A stretch of DNA of 64,000 bases, taken from Thalia democratica. Lineage: Eukaryota. Of this stretch, positions 41,001-53,000 are shown piece after piece. A program made the translations under genes and the position numbers. The stretch covers positions 44,392,001 through 44,456,000 of the forward strand of contig OZ241830.1 of assembly GCA_965202585.1 (NCBI GenBank). The letters are read 5' to 3'. The notes below the pieces were generated by a model. It made no database searches. It had not been told where the DNA came from and was given only the letters and a program-made list of their open reading frames with translations. Numbering within the stretch: position 1 is the stretch's first letter; each line of letters begins with the position of its first letter.

Positions 41001-44000
41001 TTTCAAACCCATTTTTTTATACAAAACAAAACAAAAATTAAGCATTTAAAGATGCATTAAAAGAAAATTAATAGTTTAAAAAAACATGAAAAACTTTAAT
41101 TTTGTTTTTAACTTAAAAAAACATATGTTCTTAATATTCAACTCGCAAACTTTAATAAACAAAACAGAAAACATTTTCTTTAAAATATTTTACAAAACAA
41201 TAAGTAGTATTTTCATGCACAAACTTTTAAAGAATTCAAGTATAAAATATCTCAAAAAGCAACACGAGCAATTTCTGAGCATTATAGAAATTTTAAAGAG
41301 AAAAATTTAGCGAGTGCTTTTTTTCGATCGTTAACAGTCAAAACTAAATGGGAGTTGAAAGTACTTTTAAATTCAAAATTTATAGGAAAAGTTTATTTAT
41401 CACGAGTCGAATTTGAAAGCTTTAAACTTGAACTTGATTATTTTACGAGCTAAAAAAATCTGGTAATTTAGTTTTGTTTTAAAATTAGAAAAAAATGTAG
41501 TTACTAAATTTTTAATATAAAAATAGGCTTATAAAACTTTTTTATAATATAATTGTTATGTCTTAGCTTTTAATTAATTAGTACCAAGCTGTAATTTATA
41601 ATATAAAAAACTTCATAACACATCATTAAAAGTAAAAAAGCTATAAACTTTACAATTCAGAAATTTTATCAGAAAAGAATACAAAATAAATACACGTAAT
41701 AGTTTCTTTCATTTTAACTTCTTAAAAAAATTACCTGAGTTTAGAAAATATTTAAATAGATTTTCATGTTAATAAAAAGTTACAACTTTTTACCTTTATT
41801 AAAGTATGTCTCGTTAGTTTTGTAAAAATGTTTATATTTTATCTTCAAAAGGACTTTATGATAAATGGTAAAAGTTTTAGACCTGCTATTAGTAATTCTG
41901 ACTCTTTTTTATTCTGTGTTATAATTTCTTTTTTGTCAAAGGAATTAAGTACCGTCAAATTGTTTTTCTCTTTAGCTAATATGTTGCTTGATACGCTAGT
42001 TTGTGATTTTGTTTTTGAAAAATTGTAATAGCCTGAGTCTTGTTTATAACTTTTAAGCTGCACTGTTGTCACTTGATATTTTGGCTCGCTATCATATTTT
42101 TTATTGTAACTGCTATTTTTCTGATGTTGTTTCTGATGTTTTTCTTTGCTAAGGTTACCTTGTTTTGCTGTAAAAGCAACAGCTTGCTTATAAGCTCTAC
42201 TAGCTTTTATTTTCTGCTGTTGGAGGTTACGAGAATGATGGTTTGCGTTAAATATATTTTGTTGAAGTTTTTGATTGTAGTTTGAATTTTTATCTACAGC
42301 ATACTTAGACCCTTGAACTGTTTTACCATTAGGACCTGTCACGTTTGCGGCTTCTGACATGTTATTTTTACCTACAACAATATCAAACTGGACTTTTTCT
42401 CCTTGTGCAAGAGACCTTAATAATTTGTTAGGGTTGTTTTTGATGATAGCTGTATAATGAACAAAAATATCGCTGTTCCGATCATCACGTTGAATAAAAC
42501 CGTAACCTTTGCGAACATTAAACCATACTACTTGACCAGTTACTCCAACTGCTATAGTGTTTTTGGTTACCTGAGCTTTTTCTTTGGTTGTTTGAAACTC
42601 TTTGCTTGTATTAGATGTTTTTGTAGGTAAGTGTTGATGACATGACAAACACTGTGCTATGTTAACATTATTACTACTATTCCCATTGTATGATTTTCTT
42701 GGTTTAAAACTATCTCTATCTTGGTTATGTTGACGATAATTGTAATTATGATTAATACCATTATCTCTAAAATGAAAATTTTGTTGATAATTAGGACGAA
42801 CTCGCTTATGGTAATTTATTTTAGACCTATGCTGACTTTGCTCATACTGCTGTAGTCTATTGTAATTAACTTGCTTAGGTACTAATGCGTTTTCTTTATA
42901 AGCATTCCATATGGCTTGTCCTTTTCTTTTAAAAAGTTCTAAGCTTTCATCAAAATGTTCCCTAATCTTATCTTTGATCGAAAAGGGCATTAAATATGCA
43001 AGAAAAAACTTAATTCTGTCCTGTTCTCGACATTTGGCCCAACTTACGGCTGTAGCAAATATTTTATTAAAGTTTGTACACTCATTCCAAATTGGAATTT
43101 TATCTAAAATTTCAGCTAACTGATTGTCCCTATTAATAAAAAAGTTTCTTAAAGAACTGTAATTTCTTTCACCTCGTTCTGTCATTTTATAATAGTCTGA
43201 AAACTCTTCTCTCGGCCAAAACCCAGTCAAGAATTTATACTTTTCTGTATTACTAGAATTATTTTCATTTAACATTTCCTCTTCGAAAAAACTAATAATA
43301 TCACGAGGGTTTCTTACAAAGTCTAACCTTTTAAACTTTTTACTTAGTCTTTGCGCCTTAAATGTGTCGCTAAAGTTATTAAAATTATTTCGATTACTAT
43401 TTTCGTAATCATTGTAAAAAGGTTCGCGTTTTTCTAGCATCGCACGTTCGAAATGTGGTGATCTAGACTGCTTTAATCTATTATTTAACTTTTTCATTTG
43501 CTTTTGCAAAATTCTTAACTCTTCTTCATTTGTTAGCTGCTTAACTTCGCTTGATTTTCTAAGTTGTTGTTGAATGCTGTTTGACGGATAAAATTCAGCA
43601 TTATCATTCATCATCTCTGCTTGATGAGAATTATTAAGATTGATATCGTCATTGTTGTTTGTGTGCATTTATTCTGTTGACTGCTTAAAGATTTGTAACC
43701 AGAAGATTCAAGGTTCTTAATAGACACTGCGTGGTTTCCACTTTAACCAACTTGGGTTTTACTTTCGAGCTAGTTTAATATAGTTACAAACTTATTCCTA
43801 AGTTATGAATAAAACACACTTTGAATAAATGCAATTTAATTTATTTTCAATAATAATTCTTAGTTCTGAAGAAAGAAACTATTAAATCACGACACAAATA
43901 AAATCTATAAAAAGTATCAACAATCGTAAAGTTACATAAATACTAACATCAACTCCGCTATGTAGACGTTTTCTTGATTCTCAATAATTGAAGTAAAACG

Positions 44001-47000
44001 TTACTTGATCGTACCGCGTAATAACTTTGCAACTAACTTTAACGCGTATTTGAAAGACAAAACGCCGATATATACTCGTCGGAATGAAATTAACTCCTTT
44101 AAGTGAACAATATTGTTTTAAGAAAATTGTTTTGAGAGTTATAAAAATTGTTTTGGAAAAGCTTGTTTTGAGAGTTATAAAAATTGTTTTGGAAAAGCTT
44201 GTTTTGAGAATAATGAAAATTGTTTTTATTATTACAAAAAATTCCATATTTATTCACGAGCTTTAAAATATTAAAATGAAATGTTAGTTTCATTACAATA
44301 AGATTAAATAAGAAATATTATAAATTAAACTTAAATATAAAAGTTAAGTGTCGAAAACTTACTATTTTGATTTTTTAATATTTCTTTTAAAATAGGTTGT
44401 ATATAGAGCAAAATAAATTTACATTTTTAATAAAAATTTAAAAGTTAAAAAAATTAAAAATTGCAAAAATAATTTTACACGATAAATAGTAAAAACTTTT
44501 TTAATATTTTTCTTGGTATTTTTTAAAAGTTATTATTTTACAGATTTCTAAGAACACAAAAACTTTAGATTATTTAGCGATCATTATAAATGAATTATAA
44601 ATATAAGTTACTACATTAGTTTTTACAACTCAAAAAATTAGGTAAAAATAGAAAAATAATATCATGTTAAGTTGATACTAAAATAAAAAATCATACAAAA
44701 AATATTTTTTACGTAACTCATTATGTTTTAAAAAAATTAAAAATTGAAATTTTTCTTATTATTTTATTTACTTTATTACGATTGTTTGGTTTTTGCATAA
44801 AATCCTTAAAAAAATAAACGTAAGTAAACAAGTAAAATAGGTTAGAAACGATCGGGCTAGAAACGATCAGGCTAGAAGTGATCAGGCTAGAAGTGATCAA
44901 GTTAGAAGTGATCGGGTTAGAAGTCATCGGGCTAAGCTCGGTTAGAAATGATCGGGTTAGAAGTGATCTTGTTAGAAGTGATCGGGTTAGAAGTGATCGG
45001 GTTAGAAATGATCGGGTTAGAAATGATTGTGTTAGAATTGATCGGGTTAGAAATGATCGTGTTAGAAGTGATCAGGTTAGAAGTGATCGGGTTAGAAGTA
45101 ATCGGGTTAGAAGTGATCGGGTTAGAAGTGTCGGGTTAGAAGTGTCGGGTTAGAAGTGATCGGGTTAGAAGTGATCGGGTTAGAAGTAATTGGGTTAGAA
45201 TTGATCGGGTTAGAAATGATCGGGTTAGAAATGATCGGCTTAGAAGTGATCGGGTTAGAAGTGATCGGGTTAGAAGTGATCGGGTTAGAAATGATAGCGG
45301 GTTAGAAATGATCGGCTCCCATATATATGAGCTAAAACTTCCTTTTAAAAGTGTATAATTTGTGTTACTATTTAGAATACTTAACTAGTAAATGTATAAC
45401 GTTTTATTTTATCGTCATCTAACTTTAATTAAATTTTAGATAAAAATAAACTTAACTTAACGCTTTTTTATTAAAATTTTAATGTTGAATAACTACTGTG
45501 ATTAAAAAAATTTAGATAGCCTATGAACAATTCAATTCTACTTACTTTTGATGTAACAACTATTTAATTAAAAAAAGTAGTTCATAAAAAATCTTCAAGT
45601 TTCAAGTACATATTTTTTTGTTTTTAAATAAAAAATATAGGTTTTTTACGTCATAGAAAAATTTTATTTTAGTTTTTTTATTTTAAAGTTTCTTTAAAGA
45701 TTATAATATTAACAAAATTTAAAAGAAAGCATACAAGTGTTAACATTTTAAATTATAGCATCTTATACAAAAATTTATTATTTTTATGTCTTTTTGTACC
45801 TAAAAGAAAACCATGGAAACTAGTTTAAGAGCTTATAAAAAGGATGACTGTCAAAATAAACTGTTTCTTCAAGATTATAATTTTGAAGAAGTTTTACAAA
45901 AGGCTTTCGAACTTCAAAAGTTGCTCATCGTCAACGTTTCAAACACATATTTAGACGAAGTTTTGTGGAGTAACACTAAGTTTTGTGGAAAACTTGCAAA
46001 ACGATTTGTTGTTTGGAAAATAAAAGCAAATGATGAAAGAATAGAGGATTTTCAATCAAGGTTCTACTACAAAGATTTGTCTTATGTTGTTCATATGTCT
46101 GTCATTGACCCTCGATTTGGTATTGAGGTTTTTAAGTTTGAACATTTTGATGAAAATTATCTGATTAAAAGTTTTTTGAATTTTTTTGTCAAAGACTGTA
46201 ACATGTCAGCTGAAAAAGGCACTAGTTCGTCAATAGACGAGGATTTAGATGAAATTACAAACTCATTATTTCCTAGTATTTCTTTTGTGTAAAATTAATT
46301 AAGCTTTTGAATTCCTCCTGATAATAAAATAAGTATAGCAACTATCAAATTTAGTACTTTGTTTATTGTATCAAAAGATTTTTTTTTTAATTTGAGCGAA
46401 AAAAGTTAATGTTTAAAGCTAATTAGTTTAATTTCCAATTGTTTGACTTTTTAGTTTTTTATTTATTTTTCTAGTTTTACTTTAGTTTTTTAACAACAAT
46501 TTAAAGTTTTTAAGAATAAAGCTACTTCACTAATAAACTGTTATGAAATTATTTTTTTTATGTTGAAAAAATATTATGATCCAAGGATATATTTTTTGTT
46601 AACACTCAAATCAAAACAAGATCATTTAATATAAATTTATTGTTAAACTTTTATTGCGTTACGCCGTTTCCCTGCAGAGCAGTTCATCAGACGCTAAAAA
46701 AAGCTGAAAACAAAAGTATACAAGGCGATGAATTGGGGAATAAAAATACAAATACACACATAAAAGAAAAATAAAATTTACATTTAAAATATGAGTTTTA
46801 ATTAGTATGTAGTTTACAAAAGTTAAATTATAAAGTTAAATTAGTTTAAAATGAAATATAGGTAAGTTTAGTTTAAATAATTTATTAACTATAGATTTTA
46901 TATATTTTGGTAATCTATTTACTAAGTATTTAATATATTTTTGGAAAAAATGTAAATACTAAGATTTATAGGGGATTTTTAGAAAACAGAAATGGTCTTT

Positions 47001-50000
47001 TTACGGGAAGGTTTTAACTTTAAAACAAAATCTTTACACAATACAAACATAAATACAATGTAACAATCAAATTAAATAGAATAAAATAAACTAAGTTAAT
47101 GCGATAAAAAATAAACTAAAAGTATTCCTTAGGGTAATGAGGGCATTGCGTGACTAGTTCATTTCTCTTATTAAGGATTTTTCTTTGGTTAGCGTTTGCT
47201 ATAAACAGTTTTTCAAGGTTACATAGTGAGCACATGAAGTTTAGTTTGAATCTGCTTTTTGTCTGTCTGAGAATTTTCCATTCAGTAGTGAATTTTTCGC
47301 CTTTTTCATATAATTTCCAAATGTAGTTGTGTACAGTTGGCGGGCTTCTTCTTGTTGGGTTTTGGAAATGATACTCTATGCTCGTACAATCTATTTTTGA
47401 ATGCTCTTCGGGTGGATCCAATATATGACATTCTCTCATTTTTCTCAGACGAGACAATTGCTTCGTAGATTAAAATTTCTAATTTACATTTATTCATTAC
47501 TGGACATTGCACTCTGTTTTTGCAGTTGCATAGCTTCGGTTCTATAGGTGGTTTTTCTAGCAGCTTCTTATTATGTCCACTAATTAATGCTTTTATGTTT
47601 GGGGAACAACAGTATGATATCTTGGTTGAACTTCTATTGAAGATTTTGTGTAGTTCTGTTGATTTAGTTCCTGTCAAGCAGTTTTAAAAAGAGGTTTCCG
47701 AATTTGGTTTTTACTGATTCGCAGAAAGGTGGGTTGTAAAAAATACATTTTCTTTTTCTGTTTTTTGCTTTGTTGATATCAATTGTTGGATTATATTCGA
47801 GCTTATGATGGAAGTTGCTTTTGCTTAAAGCGTTTTGGTAGATTTGTTTCGCGTTATCAAATGATACTTTGCTTTTTGTTAGTTTTGAAATTCTATTTTT
47901 GATCACTTTTGGGATATTTTTCATAATTGTTCTAGGATGGTTAAAATCTTTGTCAATATAAATGGTCTTTGCGTTTGGCTTTACATATGGGCAATAGTCA
48001 TCAGTTAGGAGGTTTAAATGTATGTCCAAGAAGTTGGTGGAGGTTTCACCTGCGCTAATTGTAATATCGAATCCTATGTCTGCTAGTTTTCTTGTTATTT
48101 TGTTTTTTATTTTGTAAATATTACTCTTATTTGTTTGATTGATAACGGCAAGTCCATCATCTCTGTAGAGTCCAATTGACTCAGTGTTTATAATCGTAGA
48201 CAAATAGTGTAATAGGTATAAACCTACAAGATCACATATTTCAGCGCCGTGAAATGAGTCCATAGATACATCGAAGTTGTCATTGGTGTTGGTTTTTTCC
48301 ACATATTATTATCGTAAAACATTACTGATTTGCATGTGTGCATAATTGTCTCTATCTCAAATTCTGTGAACTTTGAATAGGAGTTGGAAAAGTTAATTGC
48401 ATCTATTAGGTGTTTTCTTTCTGTCTGGTTCTGTTTTTTACCAAAAAAGATCATTTAATGTTTATTTAGAACTAAATAATATATAAGTGATTAATAATAA
48501 CATTTTATACGAAATTTTAAAATATTTTTAAAGTTATTATTCCACAGTATCTATTGCATTCAAATAAAGTTTAATGTTTAAAGCTATAAAACTACAATAC
48601 CTATTCAGTTCAGTTTTTCTCTTGAAATTCGTCAGTGAGTCGCAACCGATAGGCTTGTAGTCTCCCATCTACAAGTGGTTTATAGATTTTAACCATAAAG
48701 CTACTGTTTGCTCGGTAGGACTTTTTATGGGTAGTTTTAAATATTGGGTACTTTTGATTGCAGCAATTTTGCAAAAAAAGTACCCAATATTTTGATGACG
48801 TCATGAACTTTACTTTGGATAGTTTTGAAGCTTAAACTTTGTAAACAAAGCAAAATTGCTGTCTAGGCCTATGATGATATATTCACATTATTTATTTTTT
48901 AAATATGAAAATGATTAAATCTGAATAAATACAATGAAATGTACAAAACATTTCCCTTTGTTATTAAAGTTATAGAAATATAATGTTTAACTCTGATATT
49001 TTTTGTGTAAGTTACAATTTCAAACTCAAAATCAAATTAAGCTATTATTTTTTCAATTTTTCCTTAATAGTTTATTATTGATGACTTTTAGTCATAGAAA
49101 AAATTTAAACTAGTTATACATAAGTTTTGTAATTCAATAAAACCTAGCATTTTTTTAGTTTGAAATAAAGCTAAAATGATGGTCATCAAACCTAGATGTT
49201 TATTGGAATCTTGGAATGTTGTATAAAATCCTAGAATAACTTTAATTTCTGATCACTTTTTTTTTCTAGAAAAATAAATAAGACTTGTAATTAAAAAAGT
49301 ATGTTAAATTTAGAAAAAATTGAACGAAATTAAAAAAAAAAAACATAGTGTAGTTACAGGAAGGGTGTAGATCACTTTTATTACAACTTGATGTCATTTT
49401 ACAGATTTTTAAGTAAACCACAAGTAGCCTTATACAGATTTTTAATATTAAGACAAATTTTTGAGATATAAAATTATATTAGTGAGTACAGTAAGTTTTT
49501 ATTGTCATCTTTTATTTTGTTTTTTTTTGTTTTAATAAATATTCAAAGATATATTTCCTTAAAATTTTACAGGGTTGCCAAAACATCTGGAATCCAGGAA
49601 CCTGACAGTTTAAACAAAAACTGGAAAACCTTGAGTCTGTGAAATTTAAAAAAAAAAGGAAAAATATGGTATTTCAAACAAAAATCACCAAAAATATGTG
49701 ATTTTTAAACTATTTCAGCATGTAAAATAATAAAGTTTTGATTAGATATGATAAGTCTATAATATATATGAGCTTTTATTTCTATCAATAAGTTAATTTA
49801 ACTATAAACAGATTTTAAGTCTTTTAACAGTATCTTTTTAGTGTTGTTATACTATTTAAGATAGTTATTTACCTTAAATTTATTAGTTTATGCTATAAAT
49901 AGATCAATATACTTGTTGCCTTAAAAACTTAGAAGAAACTCTGAAAACATGACCCAAAGTATGGTACGACGTCATCAAAATATTGGAGCTTTTTTTTTGC

Positions 50001-53000
50001 AAAATTACTGCAATTATATGCTGAAAAGTACCCAATATTGCTCAAAAAAAAAACTACCCATAAAACTACCCCTGTTTGCTTGTATGATTAGTGACGTCAG
50101 CTTTATCTAATTGCGGTGCATTGATACAATACATTATCCAATTGGCAAGACATGTGTTAACTTGAGCTTGTCTCATTGCATATTTAAGTCCAGGCTTAGG
50201 CCCTTTTGGACTTTCGCCGATTTTTTACTTTTATAAACAAAAATCGAGTTATATGTAACTAACTTTGTTAACTCTTAATCCATTATCATACCATTATCCA
50301 AATAAATTTACCTGAAACCTATGAGTGGAAATGATTCGGTGTTTGTACTACTAAAAAACAGATAATCTAAATACATATTAATCTTAAAATTAAAAAAAAA
50401 AAATTCCGTCAGGTCTTCTTCAATTACCCTGCACCTAGCACCATAGTAGCTGATACAACTTGCGAGCTTTTAGTGGTTTCCCGCGACGACATCGACAAAG
50501 TTTTGCAGGAATTCCCTTTTTTCAGAGAAATAATAACTGGGATGGAGCTTCACCACCATCACTTCAGCGAAGTGACAAAAAAACTCAACTACCACGCCTT
50601 CGAACAGCTTTTGCAGGAAAAGTTTGATGATTTTAACTTGATGTATAGTTTTTAAACACGTTTCTTTCATTCAAGTAGTTTATTACATATTTTTTTATTA
50701 TAATAAAACAACTATATAACAGTAGGTTTTTAACATAAGGAGTAAGCTGTGTAGCAAGCATATGTATTTTTATGAAATACCGTTTTATATTTATTAAGCT
50801 TGTTTATTAACAAGAATTCAAAGACTAAAATACAAGAAGTTAAAAATATATCTTAACGCACCTGTTTTTAGCGTTCGAGCTTTCGAAAAAGTTTGCATTA
50901 AAAAGAGTTTCTTAGTTTATTTGACACATTACATTGTTCAGAAAAGTATACAAAAACAAGTTTGCAACGAGTAAGGAGTCAGATAACCAGGCAACTTATT
51001 TCACTCATCGAGTCAAGAGAGCTCCCTTCATACAGCGAATCAGCAAGAAAACACAAGTTTGATATTTTATAAACTATCAGCAATTCAAATATATTGGAAA
51101 ATTTGTAGATTTTTATAAATAGAACAGTTTATTTAAAAAAAATACTTAGTCTCAATTGCAGATACCAATTTAAATTGTGGTTTTTATAAAATAAAAACAG
51201 GTTTAAATAGTATAAATAGTTGTCTGAAAATAGGAACGGGCTTTTTTGTTTAAAATAACGATATAAAATAAATATTATAAATACTGTTATAAAACTTTTT
51301 TTTTTTTATATAAACAAAGTTATTTTGTTTTCGTTTACTTGAAAGTAAGGTGATTACATATAGGATTTTACAATTAATTTACAGGTTGAGCTAACAAATT
51401 ATTCAATGTGGTATTCCTGCCTACTTTTGCCAGTTGTCTTCAATCCACAGAAAAAAGGATATCAAACTTATGAAAAATTTTCTACCATTCTCACTATACT
51501 CAACCTGATTATTGTTCCTCTTCAAGTTTATAGTGCCGTTTTTACCTTTGTATAAACTATTAATTAACTTAAATGGGTACTCTAAACTATGGGTTCGTAT
51601 TAACTTTACTATCAGCGGGCCAGACTTAGCAAAAAAAGCCTTTAGAAGACTGGACTTTAAATAAAATGTTTTCTGGCGGCGTAACTAAAAAAATCCAAGT
51701 TTTTATAAAATTACCTTTCAATAAGCACCCTATATGACTCAAAATATCTAATTAAGAATACGCTTATGAATGTATCTTATAAAAATGATCAATCCATCTG
51801 TACTGCACAAGCTGTTTTGAAGATTAAAAATGTGTCGGGGCTGGATTTGGGTCGTATATAGCCCACCCCAAATTAAAGTCAAGGTTTTAGCTCTCACTTA
51901 GTTTCAAGTTTTTTAGCGAAATACTGCATTCTTTAAATCTTTTAACTACTTACACCATTATCACTTTTTTAAAAGTAATTATAAGTTAATAATGATCTTA
52001 CTTTTTAAAATCAAGCCTTTAAAAGTTCATTAAACTATATAAGTCACATACTTTTACTTTATTTTTTGAACAATTGTTAGTAAACTTGTTAAATGCCTTT
52101 TTATTATTTACAAACGTGTAAGAAATAGTTATACAAAATTTATAATTACTAAAATCCATAAACTAAGATATATTTCACATATAGATAGACCTTCGAATGT
52201 ATTTAAATACAATTTTATTGCTAGACACAATTTTTTTTTCATGGTAACATTTATTTGCAATTTAAGCGCTTTCGAAACTCACGAATTCCCTTGTCAAAGA
52301 TACTAAACACTCACAAATTAACTAAAAATAATATACATGAAGTGAAACTAGATACTTAATAAAAAACACAGTAAATAAAAAAGACAAGTATTTAACAAAA
52401 TTTGATTTTGAAACAAAAAACCAATTAAAATAAAATGGAATATTTAAGTATGTTAATAGTTACTCTTGATCCTTTATCAGGACCAAACTGATTATTCAAA
52501 TTTGGTTGAAGTTTTTTAATTAGTGAAGCTTCTGAAGATAATAGATTATTATAAGAACTGCACGTTTTAATAACTTCAAAACAATCATAAATGTTGTTAT
52601 AACTTGTAAAATATGCACAACTCTCGATATGATTAAATACTGCACTATTAGTTGGAATCACATGCTCTTCGATTTTTACGAAAAGTTGTCTTTCAGTTTC
52701 ACCAGCATATTGGTTGTTCAGATCATCTGGACACGTAAACTTGTAAGCTAAGCCACTTTCATACATACGAGTTTTTTAGGGAGAAATATTTCCCCACCTT
52801 TTGTGTTTAGTATGCAATATGTATTTTTACTCTGATTTCTTCGAACATAGCTTTGATGTTCTAGGAGAATTTCTCGGATATTTTTCTGACGTATGGTATT
52901 GTAATGTAGTGTTTATTTTCAACTATAATTTCAATTAGTTCTGATTCAAAGTTGTTTTGCTTTTGTATCTGTTCATCGACAAACTCGGTCGGGAAAGGGT

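Larger units (their letters stand above)
37614..45320. mobile_element. 7.7-kb foldback/MULE-like element with inverted subterminal 15-bp arrays
   Basis: GGG...CCC termini within an (AT)n tract; left array (CCCGATCA[C/T]TTCTAA)n at 37620-37980 and its reverse complement at 44840-45320. Confidence 0.8.

Noticed and set aside
43981-44293. Short ORFs inside the direct repeats (also 40105-40335)
   Set aside because: Low-complexity, overlapping on both strands, and not preserved in the diverged copy at 28.3-29.0 kb
44840-45320. CRISPR array or interstitial telomere (units contain GGGTTAG)
   Set aside because: There are no spacers, the context is eukaryotic, and the period is 15 rather than 6
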